Part shown: positions 1 through 18,600 of the stretch, one piece after another
Numbering within the stretch: the first letter of the stretch is position 1
Layout of the letters: each line of letters begins with the position of its first letter
Source: Lama guanicoe
Taxonomy: Eukaryota
Assembly: GCA_013239625.1 (NCBI GenBank)
Contig: MU056693.1
Location: 372,001 to 436,000, forward strand
Direction: 5' to 3'
Length of the DNA: 64,000 bases
Made by a program: the position numbers and the translations under genes
Notes under the pieces: model-generated
Seen by the model: the letters and a program-made list of their open reading frames with translations, nothing else
Databases searched by the model: none
Told to the model about the DNA's origin: nothing

Positions 1-63
1 GGAGAATTGGAGGGGCAGGCTCAGGCAGGCCACCAGCCCTCCTCTCTGTACCCCCAAGGATCA

Positions 64-5502
<5,439 letters not shown>

Positions 5503-6529
5503 TCATCACACCCAACGATGGGGCTGGGCTTTCGTCCCATCGCGGCCCATCGGGCCGCCCCTGGCTGTGAGCCCTAAGGCTTCCACTTCCCTCGAAGCCG
5601 CTAGGGGAGGACCCAGCCACCTCCCCATCCAGGGGCCCTGCCCCACAATGCGATAGCGCCCCAGCCCCCGTTGTCTCTCCCGTGCCGGCACACCGTTCAG
5701 CGATTCCCCTTAATCAGACCCAAAACAGTTTTCAGACAGGTCCCGGATGCTTCTCCGAATGAGAGCCAGCCAAGTCGCCTACCCGACTACAGAAGCCCTC
5801 TGGACGGGTCTCTGTTGCTTCCCCAATCAGATCTGACTAAGCCTTCCCCTATACCGCTCCAACCCCCTACCCTAAGTCCTGCTGACCGATCACCGCTGCT
5901 TCCCCGAATCAAGTCGGTACAAGACCCCCACCACCTGGAGCTGGAAATCCCCTTCGTCCGATCCCTACAGCTCTCCCAATCAGACCTGGCCTAACACCCT
6001 CCAGGGGCATTTCCTCCAACAGATCCCAGCGACTCCTCGCAGCCACACCGAGCAAAGCCTTCTAGGCCTAAGTCTGACGCCCCTCCCTATCAAGGCCCAA
6101 CAAGCCCCTCTCCCAACTTTTCAGTGCGGCCTCCCCAAATCAGACCCAACCTAACCCCATCGAAACAGCCCCCCCACACACACCCGATCCTCAACGACGT
6201 CCCCCCAATCAGGCCCTAAGCAGTCCCCAGACGCTTCCCCCAATCAGAGCCCCTCCAGCCCGACCCCAGCCGCCCCACTGGCCGGATTTTCAAGGCACGG
6301 GGACCCAGCCCCGCTCCGAGGCCCCACCCCCTAAGCCCGGCTCGGTTCCCCCCTCCCCCGCCCCGGCCCATTCTCGCCGCCTCGCCAATCGGGCCCAACC
6401 GGGTTCTCGGCCTTTCTCGGTCAGGCGCGGCCCCGACGCTCGGGCCGCGCACGGCGCAGGCCCGGAGCCCTGCGGAGGTTGACGCAAGCCGGGGCCGAGC
6501 CGGTCGGGGTCCCGGTGAGGCCCACTTAC

Positions 6530-6780
6530 CAGGCCTCGGGCGGCAGCAGAGGGGCCTTTAGCTGCGGCTTCTCCTGAGACTCGCGCGAAAGGAGGGAGCC
6601 AAAAAGAGGGAATTGAAAAAAAAAAACGCGGCCGTATATGAACCGCGGCGGCTTCCGTACGCCGTTCAAACTGGCCTAGAAGAGCCAATGGGGAGAAGCA
6701 GCCATAGCACGTGGCCTGGCACCAGGGAGACCCAGGCCCAGCCGTGGCTAGGTCACGTGACGAAGAGTTGGCTGCTCTCT
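6530..6780 (-). promoter_or_regulatory. TNPO2: TNPO2 CpG-island promoter and non-coding first exon
   Basis: Strong donor CTG|GTAAGT at 6530/6529, joining an acceptor at 5242; CCAAT 6685-6689; E-box CACGTG 6708-6713; palindrome GTCACGTGAC 6752-6761; CpG-rich 5.2-6.8 kb. Confidence 0.75.
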
Positions 6781-7899
6781 TGGCCTCTCTAGCCAGCTGG
6801 TCCTCCTACCGCCTCGTTTTCTCTGCCTGTCTCACGCCGGCCTGACAGCTCTTTGCTTGGAACCAGGAGTTCAGCAGCGCGTGGGGACTTTTTGGTGTAT
6901 GGTGGACCAAGGAACTGCTCGGCCAGAGCCACCTGCGCTTTTGTTACCCCCCTTTTCTAAGAATTGAACTGTGCCCCCCTCCATCACCTTCCCATTCAGA
7001 GGGTACTTGGGAGTACAGTATGTGCACGCAAGAGCGGAGGGGACTGAGCTTGGGGTGGATTTTATACCTCAAAAGACAAAGAAAGGAAAGCCAGACAAAG
7101 GGAGTGCCTGAGACGGGCTGGGTTCCTAAAGAAGCCTCTGCCACATTTTGCATTATTTATTTTCCAGTACTGTTTGGCAATTTTTAAAACGATATTTTAA
7201 AAAGCCACGAGGATATACATTTTTAAACGAAAGGAACTAGTAAAATAAACGCCAGAGCAAAAAGCCCAACTTCTTTTTCTACTGAAGCTGAATAAGGTTT
7301 AACAGCTCAGGAAATTTAGGTAAGGGCAAGAAAATAAAGAAAGACATCTTCGTGATTCTTGCGCCTTCTGAGGACAAAGTAGGGCACCTCTTTTCTTAAG
7401 AGCAGAGTAGAACAGGGAGGAGCTGGAGCATCCCGCTTCCCCCGCCCCCTACGTCTTGGCTCTACAGACGAAAATGTGGGCGAACTCCTGCCACTCGGAG
7501 CTTAAATTTCCCCACTCGTCGAATGGGTATAATAGTTCACTGGATTACAGATAATCCAAGTTAAGCATTACCAGACCTGCAGTAAACTGTTCTTCAAAAA
7601 CCTAGATTTTACTCCGCGAGGTTTAAGGCCGTCCTTTTACTATATTCGGCCCCTCCCTAAACCAGTATTTACTGAATCAACTAGGGCTCTAATTCCAAAA
7701 GACAACCCAGCCCTGCCCTGGGGGGCATTTTGGCCTCGGGAGAGGTACAGGTCAATTCTTGCGCCTGCCTGGAGGAGGGGGACAGCTTTTTCAATACACT
7801 TGCTCTTGGCAAAGTCAGTCCCGCTCCGTTCACAGGTACCTAAGGCCTCTTCTGCCGAACACTGGGGCCGCCAGGGATTGGGAAGGGTCAACTGGAGCG

Positions 7900-8080
7900 A
7901 AACTCTACTCCAAGACTCGAGATCCCACCCCAGCCGGCTCCGCTGGACAGAAAACCGCTTTGAGTCAGACACGTGCTGAAGGCCACCGCCTACGCATGCG
8001 CAATGGTCTTTCCTCGCGCGGCCTGGGGGCCTAGAACTACACCTCCCATCCTGCCGCGCGCCCGCATCGGCTCGCTTACT
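7900..8080 (-). promoter_or_regulatory. Putative upstream alternative TNPO2 promoter
   Basis: Small CpG cluster with NRF1-like ACGCATGCGC (~7992-8001) and ZNF143/THAP11-type ACTACACCTCCCA (~8036-8048). Confidence 0.55.
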
Positions 8081-11000
8081 GACTCTGAGTCTCAAATCTG
8101 GGGGGTCTGGAGACCTCTGGAGTCGGGTGTTGAGCAGAAGGAAGAATGAGGTTGGGAGCTGGGACTGGATTTGGATCTTTTGAGAGAGGGTGCGAAGAGT
8201 AGGAGTTTTCTGCTCAGGGTGGCGGGATTGCCTCAGATAAAGGGTCAGGTAGGGAGCGAATTAGAGATGCAGGAGAGAATTTGTTCCTGTTCACTCCCTC
8301 CTTTTAATGTGTCAAGTTTCCAGAGACCCTGCGAAAGCCTTGAGACAGAGGAGTCGGGACAGAATAATGTGACCTCTGCTGCCTGTATGGTCCACAATAT
8401 TGGTCCTCGTGCTCTTTCTTCTCCCCAGATGATGAATTTCAGTACTGAATCGAAAATCGAAAGAAAAAAAATTTCCCCTTATGTCTTAAACACCTACTGC
8501 CTGTCACTTTACAAACAGTATTCTCACAACAGCCCTGTGTGCACGGCAAACACGGCACAACTCAACTAGAAGCGCCCAGTGCAAAAAAAGAAACTCAAGG
8601 AGCTCATGCCCAACCGTGAATCTGAGATGGGAGACAAACATCTCAGTTTACAACAGCCTCCCTGCCTAAGCATCTCATCATATTGCATCCACGTTTCAAG
8701 GTATTTCTCAAACACCACCCCCAAACAGAAGCCAGTTGCTTCACCCAGAGAAGCAATAACAGCTGTTTAAAATGTCAGGATTAACATTGACCATGTGAAC
8801 ATTGCCCTTACTTCAGAACTTACTCTAGAGATGTTTCAGTATTTTGTCCCTATTTTATAGATGAAGAATCTGAACCACAGAAGGGTTGAATGACTTAGCC
8901 AAGATCACACTGCTAACGTACCAGAATAGTTTGAAGCCAGGGCTGTGTGACTCACCAAAACCTGAACTTGATTCTTCTCCCCCTTCAGACTTTACCCAGG
9001 TCAGGGCAGGTGAGTTCGGTGAAGGGAGGTGCTGGGATTCCATCAGCTCCTCCTGCCTCCTGACACTCCAGGATAGAGGCTGAGCTGCTGCAGGGGTGAC
9101 CTACTTCCTTCTCCCACTTACATTTCTTTTTAAAGATCCAGCGGCTGTCAGTGGCTTTGAAGGAGGAGGAGGTAGAGATGGCTCCATTGGCTTCCTATGT
9201 CCCCCTCCCCCACACTACATCCTCAAAGCTAAAGTCACACCTGGGCCAGCTCAGCATCCTGAAAGTAGGCCTTCGAGCTGATGTGGAAAACAAACCAGAC
9301 AAGCCTGTGTGTTAGCAGGAAGTGAGGGGTGCATGTCTCCTGTTCCAAAGCCTGTTTGCCCACTCTTCAAGCCAGGCATGGTTTCAGCTCTAGCTCTTTG
9401 CACCTGCTGCTCTTTCAGCCTGGAATACTCTTCCAAGGACCATCTTCACTGCCTGCCCCACCTCCTTTAGGACTTGGAAAAAGTGTCACCTTATCAGGGA
9501 GGCCATCCCTGACCAACTTAAAATTGCAGTCTCTCCCACTCTCATCCCAGTCCCCCTTTCATACTTTTTTCCCCATAGAATGTATAGCCTCATGTTGTTG
9601 TGTTTTGTTTCTTGTATTTCCTCCCAACCAGAATGTTAGCTCCACTAGGACAGGGAGTTTTCTGTTCTGATGCTCTGTATTTGGAATGCCCCACCCCCCA
9701 CAGGCTGAATCTGGCAGTGTGAGGCTAGGCAGGTGCTGCCTCAGCCTCTTCCCTCTTGCCTCCACAAGTCCCAGGCAGGTGGTGACCACCATGGTCCTCT
9801 GAGTCATGATGCTCCCCTGATGGAAGGGGGATGGGAGCCTGGCCCTGGGGTGGGCAGGGGAGCCAAGCTGCTCAGCATTGGTGCTTAGGAAGGTGGGGTG
9901 GGGGGAGTGCCTAGATGTTGCTCCAGGTCTAATATGTTTGAGAAGGGGTCAGGAGGCAAGGGCATCTTAAAACATTTGTGGGCTCCATGGAGAGCAGGCA
10001 GCCAGGCAACCTTCAGCTCCACCAGGATGAGCAATGAGGCTAGAAATGCACAGAAGTACAAGGAGCACTAGAGGGGTACTAGGGGCATCAGGCTTCCTTC
10101 AGGACACCCTGTCCCGATATGTCAACTGTCACGTTCTGCAAGGTGGGACAAACTAGCCCCTTGGCAGTCTTTCTCCTGCTCATGTATGCAACTGGGTGGG
10201 GCCAACCCTAGCTTTCCTGGAAGGACTACAAGTAGGTGGCAGGAAGGACAGAAAAGCCCTACTGGACTCCAGATCTTAGCCTGCCTCACTTCCTCCACTG
10301 TCAACACCCCATCACCTCCCCTTGCCCGATCATGGCCCGATCTCCTCCATCTCCCAGGTTCTGCCCAGACCCCTTCAGCCAGAGGGATCCAGCTAAGATA
10401 TAAAACATATTATGTGGCTCCTTAGCTCCAAACTTCCCGAAGGGTTCTTCTCCCTCACAAATAAATTCCCAAGTTCTCACCTGAACACACAAGGTTCTGC
10501 CTATAATCCACCTACACTCCTCACTCAGCCAGCTCCAGTCACAGGGGCCTCCTCACAGTTCCCCATGAGGGTCAGGCACTGTCCCTGTCTTCACCTGGCT
10601 GTTCACTACACAGGCTGGCTTCCTCACCTCCCTCAGGACCCTGATTAGATGTCAGCTAAACTAGACCCCTCTCTGCAGCCTTTATCCTGTGCTTCTTCAC
10701 AATCACCTCACAAAATGGCTTCCCCTTTTTGTCTGTGTCTGTTTCCTTCTACAAGGCCAGGGAGCATGCATAGTCTGTTTCTGTTCACTGCAGTGGCTAC
10801 AGGGCCCAGAAAAGCCCAGACATGCAGTAGGTGCTCAGTAAGTGTCTTCTGAAGAAACACACTGACAGCTTTGGCCCAGCCCCAATGGGATTGCGGAGAC
10901 ACTGAACAAAACACCCAACAGTGGGGGTGCACTCAGGGGTGGGTCTTGAGGAGAGTTCAGGCCTTCAGGAGGGGATGTGCCCCTGTTCTTCCCCACACCC

Positions 11001-11427
11001 CCGCATCCCTCCCTCACTGAGCCAGACCCAGGGTTTGGTAGATGCAGCACCAGCCAAGACGGGAGGGCTTATGTTAGATAGCGCAAAGAAGGCAAACCAA
11101 GCACACGGCTCCGGCACTAAGTCAAGTTCTTTACTTCCCAGAAGTGATGGCTAAAGGGGGGGGGGCCAGAAGAGGAAGACCCAAAGAGCCAGAGAAAGGG
11201 AGGAGATGGGAAGAGCAGGGACAGTAAACCACTGTTCTATGAAGTCTCAGGAGGCAAGTGCTCAAGGTAAAAAAGAGTCCTGGAGAATCGGCCGCAGCTG
11301 CGGGAAGCATCTCGGTTTCCTTCTTGTGTATAAGTCCTTGGGGGAGAAAGGCTGCCGCGCTGCCGCTGCATTAAATAGTTATGTACATCGCAGAGAGTCC
11401 CAGGCCGTGGGCAGGCAGGGGAGGGGG

Positions 11428-14128
11428 TCATTTCACCAGGGGCCGAGTTTTATCATCATCGCCGCACTGGTGGGCTTTGTACTTTTTCACCTCTGCCATG
11501 TACTTGGCCCATGCATCACCTTTACTTGTTAATACCTGTAGTGGGGAGGGGAGACACACAGTGTGTTGGGAAGGGGATGCCAGGGAGGCCAGGAACCAGG
11601 GTCAGGAATGTCCTGAGACAGCTGACCCACCCACAGTATCACCCCAAAGGTCTGAGTAAAGATATGCAGTCAAGTTATCTGGGGACTTTGTTGAACGCCC
11701 TCCTCACCCACCAAGTACACCCACACAAGGCCCAGATACTGAAGAGGGAGGGACAGGGAACCTCGGCCAGGCGCTGAGGCTGGAGGGAAAAGGCAATGTG
11801 GGCAGCCCCCNNNNNNNNNNNNNNNNNNNNNNNNNNNNNNNNNNNNNNNNNNNNNNNNNNNNNNNNNNNNNNNNNNNNNNNNNNNNNNNNNNNNNNNNNN
11901 NNNNNNNNNNNNNNNNNNNNNNNNNNNNNNNNNNNNNNNNNNNNNNNNNNNNNNNNNNNNNNNNNNNNNNNNNNNNNNNNNNNNNNNNNNNNNNNNNNNN
12001 NNNNNNTCCCGACGCCGCGCCCAGCTCCGCCAGCCGGCCGACCTGCGCAGCAATCAGAGAGGAGCACACGCGACTCTTAGCACCTGCCCTGGGCCCATGA
12101 TGCCCAGGCAGTCCTGAGCCCCAGCGCTGCCCTCCCAGGGAGCGAGAAGAATCCCCACTTTGGTGGGGACGAACTCTGTCCTCACTCCCCCCTAGTATGG
12201 ACCACACAGGCAGCAAGAGCTTCCTTTATTGAGCACTTACTGTATGCTAAGCCCTGTGCCAAGTGCTTTGCTTTCCCCTTTCACTTTCAGTTACCTTATG
12301 ATGAAGGAAGGTTACAACTCTCCCCGTTGTACAGACGAGGTAACATCTTTGAGAAGAAGCCTGCACCCTGGATCACGCTGACAGCAAACAATGGAGCTGA
12401 ATTCAGGGTCAGGTGTGTCTAAGCCACAGAGCAGAATTCTTAACCACCAAGCGACACTGTTCCCCTACACCTAACCTGGCCTCTTCGAGGGTGCTTTCGC
12501 TATGGGCCCTCAATGAACAAACAAAAAAGTCAGTGACAACGACTGCTGTTCCCACTCATAGAGGGGCACTCGGCCTCCACGCAGTTCTCATACTAGCCCA
12601 GGTCCTGCCACTTCCCCTTCCTCAAACAGAAGTCAAACTCTGAACTTTCATCCTGGTCCTCTATTTTCTCCTATAGACAGAAGGTTTCTTGTGCCCCAGG
12701 GACTGCAACAGGCTTTACAGACGTCCCATCTCCACCCCAACCAGGCATTAAGTGACCTGCTAGGACTATTTGCACATTCATTTTTGACACATGAAGAAAC
12801 TCCACCCCCAGTCCGTTATTCTCAGGTCAACACTTTTTTTCTCCACACCACAGGAACTTGCTCCCAACACCAGAGACAAAGCAAGCTCAGAGGTGACAAT
12901 CAATATATGTGCCACTTCTTTAGCCTAGAATTTCTCAGTTTCATAGTAATGACATTCTCAACTGCGTCCTTTTCATTGGGGAGGCAGGGGAGGGTTGTTC
13001 TGGGCATTGTAGGACGATGAGCAGCATCCCTGTCCTCTACTTATAAATGTCAGTAGCACCCCCTCCCCCAGTTCTGACAACCAAAAATGTCTCCAGATTT
13101 TGCCAAATGTGGGGATAGGGTGGGGGGAATCGTCTCCTATTGAGAACAACTAGTTTAGCCCTTCCTATAAGACAGGCCTGGTGCTAATCACATCAGAAGA
13201 TGCGATGATGTCTATTTTTGCAAGCAGGGAAAATGAGGTTAGGCCAGCTCAGACGCTCCAGGAAAGCAGCGATGTCTGTCGTGTTCAACAAGGCATATCC
13301 ATCACCTAGCACAGTGCCCAGCACGAGGTAAAGTGCTCAATAAATGGACACTAGACGAATGAGACTCAGGGAAGTCAAGTAAGTCTAGGGTTACAGAGTA
13401 AGCACCCCAAGTCTCTCATCCACACAGCTCAGACACACTCCAGACTTTAATTTGTCCCCCGTCCCCATAGTGGGAAATGATCCCAACATCCAAAGTTCAA
13501 ACAGGAATCCTTGCATCCTGGTTTCCCCACCCCCGGAGCGCTGTTTCAGTGGAATTCCCCCCAGCTCCTAGTTCTCCCAGACAGGCTCCGGGGGTCCCCA
13601 CCTCTGCCCCAAGACCTCTCTCGTCGGGAATCCAGGTTCCACATCCTCAGCGGGTGACCCGGACGGCCCCCTCATCGGGGCCAGAGGGTGGACCTGGATC
13701 CCGATCCCCTTTCTCGAGCCCGATTCCCCCTGCCAAGGAATGCCCTGGCGCCCGCCCCCACCCCCGCGGCTCCTTACGAAGCTGAGCGTGGGGCCCGGGC
13801 CGCCCTTCCTCTTCGGATCCCCGGGACCCGCGGCGGCGGCGGTGGCCGGCTGGTCGGGTCGCTGCGGGCCCGGGGGTGGCTCCTCCTGCCGCTGCCGCTG
13901 CTCCTCCTCCATCTTCCGCTTGAACAGCTCCAGGAAGCTGCCGTCGTTGGCAAACAAGTTTACGCCACCCGACACCGGGCTCGAACCTGCGCCCGACACT
14001 TCATCATCCCCACTCTCAGGCGACGTCCCAGGCCCCGATTCAGCCCATCGGCTCCCGCCGCCGCCGCCGCCCGCGGTGCCTGGCGCCTCCCGGCTCGGAG
14101 GCTCCGCCCGTCTCCCTCGGGCAGCCAT
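11428..14128 (-). CDS. TRIR: Telomerase RNA component interacting RNase (C19orf43)
   Basis: Exon 1 13778-14128 (MAARGRRAEPP...NLFANDGSFLELFKRKMEEEQ...PTLSF|gtaagg). Last exon 11428-11535 (VLTSKGDAWAKYMAEVKKYKAHQCGDDDKTRPLVK*). The expected middle exon is not visible and probably lies in the N gap. Variant poly(A) signal AGTAAA at 11130-11135. Confidence 0.93.
11811..12006. other. Assembly gap (196 N)
   Basis: Run of N in the sequence. Confidence 1.
12220..12450 (-). mobile_element. MIR SINE fragment
   Basis: MIR core motifs ('tttattgagcacttactgtatgctaagccctgtgccaagtgcttt', 'acagacgagg'). Similar MIR remnants at ~8830-8960, 20070-20480, 22690-22900, 45440-45600 and 48700-48890. Confidence 0.7.
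12925..13153 (-). mobile_element. MER20 hAT-Charlie DNA transposon
   Basis: Close match to the reverse of the MER20 consensus: 'agcagcatccctgtcctctac...cagtagcacccc...gacaaccaaaaatgtctccagattttgccaaatg...attgagaacaac'. Confidence 0.85.
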
Positions 14129-15688
14129 TTTGTCGCCAGGTACCGCGCAAAGGACTCCGGGAAGGCCGCTCCAGCCCCGCGCTTGGCTCCTGACTTGCCT
14201 CGTCCCGAGCAACGCATGCTGGGAAGACCCGTCTGGCCCTCAAGCGTCCGCAGTGGGGGCGGGGCTCGAGGGACCGGGCGAATGAGGAGTAAAGCCTGAC
14301 GTTGCGCGCAAGCTGGCAGACGCCCCGCCCCGCCCAGTCCCGCCGCGCCCGGCTCCGCCCCGCCCCGCGGGTTTTTATAACCCAGCCAGACACCCGCAAG
14401 CGTTACGCAGACATGGTCTCCACCGGAACGAGACTGTCGTCTGGCCCTGAGGCGGTAGCTGCCTCTCGAAGTGAGGTTCCCTCTTGGGACTGGGTGGGTA
14501 TTAGCTTTTAAGGGATAGAATCCCCTTCTGGCACCAGGGATAATCTCAGTAAGGGGAACGACTCTGTCTGAGGCTTTGGGTTCACCTGACACCTCGGAAC
14601 CTAGGTCCTTAACTAAAGCTCAAGGGTATATCTCCCCTGGGCCCTTAGAATAAAAATGAGGGTGTCTCTGGGTTGGGTACCTGTCTCTGGGATGGAGCTT
14701 TCACTTGGGAATGAAAACACATGTGGATCTATGGAGCTGGGATTCCCATCTGGAAAATCAGGGTATTACTTTATGTACTAGAGGCCAGAGATAATTCTAG
14801 GCTGGAGTCGCCATCTAAAGTCCGCCAAGGGCCTGGGACCCAGCATGTATTCCTGCGCAGGGCAGAGGTTCAAACAGGGAGCTGGCTGAACTCGAGTCTC
14901 CGCTCTAACAGGGAGCAAAGTGGAAGGAGTTTTTCGGGAATAGAACCTTTTCTACGACAAGGAGCGCAGTTACATTTGTCCCTGCCATGACCTGCCCTGA
15001 CCTGCCCTGCATGGGGGCTCAGGGCTCACCGGATAAGGATCTGCAGACCTGGCCCACACTGGAGTCGGTCTTCCTCTAACCCACTTACAGACCCAGGACC
15101 TGTCTGTCTCTAGTCAACTGATTGGTTCGCTTATGATTGGTTTGCGTCAGGGGCCCAGTGGCTTCCAGCCAATTGGATAACAGAAGAGACGGGCCTGGAG
15201 GCGGTGTAGGGACCCAATTTGGAGAATAGGGGGGAAAATGATGGACATGAAGTTGAGCCTATGTAGTCAGGTCAGGGTGGACCTCAGATCTAACTTCTTG
15301 GAAAGGGCATGGAACGGGTGTTTGGCCGGTTGCTAAGGGAAGATTGGCGGCTACCAGGACGTGAGAGTGATTGGTGAAAGTAAGAAAAGATGTAGCCAAT
15401 GAAAGGAGTGCTGCGAGAGTTAGGGCCCAATCCATGAAGGGGAGTAACCTGGGGCGTACCAATATGTTAATTAGGCAGGGGGAGTCTTTGAAAAAATAAA
15501 GACAAGAGGCTGATAAGGTGAACCTTGGAAGGGGAGGACATTGGAAATATAGCATCTAATAGCTCCTAAAAATTAGACCTTGAGAAAATTAATTCAAGCT
15601 TCTAGTCTTGATGGGTTTGTGATAGGAAATTTCCCCTGTAGGTGCTCTGCATGGTGCGCTCCGCTTGATCACGTGAGCCGGTTCCAAG
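14129..15688. promoter_or_regulatory. Divergent TRIR/GET3 promoter region
   Basis: CpG island with GC boxes; minus-strand TATAAAA 14373-14379; CCAAT/ATTGG cluster 15121-15463; E-box TCACGTGA 15669-15676; YY1-type motifs overlapping both start codons (CAAGATGGCGGC for GET3, AAAATGGCTG for TRIR). Confidence 0.75.
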
Positions 15689-18600
15689 ATGGCGGCTGGG
15701 GTGGCCGGGTGGGGGGTTGAGGCAGAGGAGTTCGAGGATGCACCTGATGTGGAGCCGCTGGAGCCCACGCTTAGCAACATCATTGAGCAGCGCAGCCTTA
15801 AATGGATATTCGTCGGGGGCAAGGGTGGCGTTGGCAAGACCACCTGTAGGTAAGGAGATTGCGGCGGGAGCTAGGAAACGGGTGGGATGTACCACCGGGC
15901 GAAGGGGAGGCCAAGGACCGGGTCTTCCCGCACCAGCCGGGCAAGAAGGCTGGGCCGGGATCTTCCGGGTTGTACTCTCTGGAAGTTACCTGGAAATGGA
16001 AGATACCTCCTGAATGCAGGCCCGGCACCCTCAGGTGGACCATCCCTGTTGGGACTCTACGGCTGAACCACACTGGAGCCAGCGCACAGCAGCCGGTAGA
16101 GCACTTAGATGTCCCAGTCAGGTGGACTGTAGCAGGGTGAGCTCAGAATAGAGGGAGGGGCACCGGGGCAAACTATCCTAGTCTAATGAACCTTGCCATT
16201 CTATGCCCACGTGGGGAAAGAGGTGGAAGGTGAGGAAGAGGGCACTTGATCAGACTACCCCAGTCATCTAGGAGGAGGGGGAGGGGTCCCTGGGGCAAAT
16301 TACCCTAGATAAGTGGACTGAACCATCGAGTTTAGTAGGAGATGCAGAGGATCCCGTAGCTTAGCGTAGAGGGAGGGGGCACAGGGTCAAGCTATGCTGG
16401 CTGGACAGCTGGACCATGCCACTTTGTGCCAGCAAGGAAGCAGGAATCAGGCCAGACCAACACATTCAGCTGAACCTTATCACTCTAGCCAGTTGAACCG
16501 GTCAGTACGTGAGGTCTGAGAGAGTCCCTCTGTAGGGATTGAGGCTTGATCCCACAGTTATCCATTCTCTCAAGACCCTTGCTGATCCAGGTCCCCTGCT
16601 TCAGGGACACTTCATCTCCCCTTGCAGACCTAGGGACCAGAGCCTGACCCTTCACTCTCCACCTTTTGACCTTTCCCTCGCCCAGCTGCAGCCTAGCAGT
16701 CCAGCTGTCCAAGGGGCGGGAAAGTGTTCTGATCATCTCCACCGACCCAGCCCACAACATCTCCGATGCATTTGACCAGAAGTTCTCCAAGGTGCCTACC
16801 AAGGTCAAAGGCTATGACAACCTCTTTGCCATGGTGAGTGCAGCAGGGCTCAGCCTCCCACCCCCTCACCCCCACACCAGCTCTGGCAAAGGCACCTTCA
16901 GCCCTTTCCTGTGAACACCCAGCATCAGCGACCATGTCCTGCCCATGCTACATTCTCTGTCTCTCCACTTTCAACCCTTTTTCAACATACCCACAGGGGA
17001 ATGAGTGAGGAATGTTTGTGGAGCAGAAAAGAGGCCAGAGCAACTGGAGCTTAGTGAGCAAGGGGAGGGGAGGGAAACATCAGTCAGGACCACATGGTGT
17101 AAGACCTTGCAGGCACTGGGAGCAGTTTAGCTTTGTTTCCAAGTTTAATGGGAAGCTGTCTGTTTGAAGCAGAGTAATGTCATGACCAAATTCATTTTTC
17201 AAATAGTTCCCTGTAGCCACCATGCAAGACTGAATTGTAAGTCAAGGATGGAAGAAGCAAGGAGACTGGGACAATGACCAGGCTAGAGATAATGGCAGCC
17301 CAAACTTTGGGGTGGGGAGGGGGAAGAAGTGGTCAAATTTGGGATGTATTTTGGAATTAAAGCAATTTGACTGCTTGGTTGTGATAGGTGAGGGAAAACA
17401 ATGGAGTAAGTACATCTCTTAGGTGGCTCCCTGGGTACCTGAGTTGGGGAAGACTGGGAGAAAAAGAGGTTCTGTAGGCAAAGATTAGGAATTTCACTTG
17501 GCCACAGTGAATCCAAGGTGCACACTGGTCATCCAAGTGGAGATATCAGGACAGTGGCTTAGTTATGGGAGCCTAGAGCTCAGGGGAGGTTGGCATTGAT
17601 TTGGGAGTCGTTGACCCAAGGGTGTTATTTAAAGTTGTGTGAGTGGAAGAGAGAGTTAGAGAACAGAGAGGCCAAGAAATAGCCCAGGGGCACATCAGTA
17701 TTTAGGGTCCACTGGAGGAAGAGGAAGTGAAGTGAAGGAGCCTGGTGAGGTGGGAGGAAAGCCAGAGAGTATGGGCTCCTAAGCTCCAGGAGGACAAGAG
17801 CAGAAAAGTTGTCAGCTTCAGCAGGTACTTCAGTTTTAAGCAGATCACCCAGGGAACAAGGACAAAAGCCTGCGTGGAGTGGACAAGCTGACGTGGAGAC
17901 AGCGATCACTCTGATGGGAGCTGAGAAATGAGCGAGGCCATCGCTGGAGGGAGAAGGGAATGAGGGTTAAGGAGGGCTTTTCTGAGAAAGGAAAGGCTGC
18001 AGCATGTTTGTTTGCCAATGCAAATGCTCCAACTGGGAGGGACAAGTGCTGCTGTAGGAGGGAGTAAGGATGCGGGCAGAGGATGGGCCTCAGGCCGGGG
18101 TTGGGGGGGGGGCTCTCTCCAGCATACAGACCCAGGACTTGAGCTCTACCAGGGTCAGAGACTTGGAAGAAAGGTGGGGAGACTGGGAGGGAAACGAGGG
18201 TATTGGCAGCCAGTGGCTTTGTTTTCTCATTGAGGCCTCAGCAAAGAGTGAGGGGTGGATGGGACAGAAGGGGTTTGAGGAGGAAGAAGATGTGGCATAA
18301 ATACTCCCAGGGGGGATTGTCCGGCTCGTCAAGTGCCCTTTGGAAATAAGTGTTCAGGAAGGGAGAGCAAGGTGGTCAGATTTGGGATGTATGTCAACTG
18401 TGTTCCCCTGATATTCATCTCGGGGCAGCCGTGCCAGCGATCTGGGAATGACCAGCTTGGGGATTTTGCCAACCACAGAGGGAAAAGGGAGTGTTTACAG
18501 AGGAAGCCTGTGGAGCCTGAACTTGATAAGGGTGCCAGCCAAGAGGGACACTGACAGTGAACTGGAGGACAGGGGTGTGGGGATGAGGTGGCCCAAAGAG

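Noticed and set aside
11670-12216. ORFs spanning the N run
   Set aside because: Artefacts of translating through the assembly gap.
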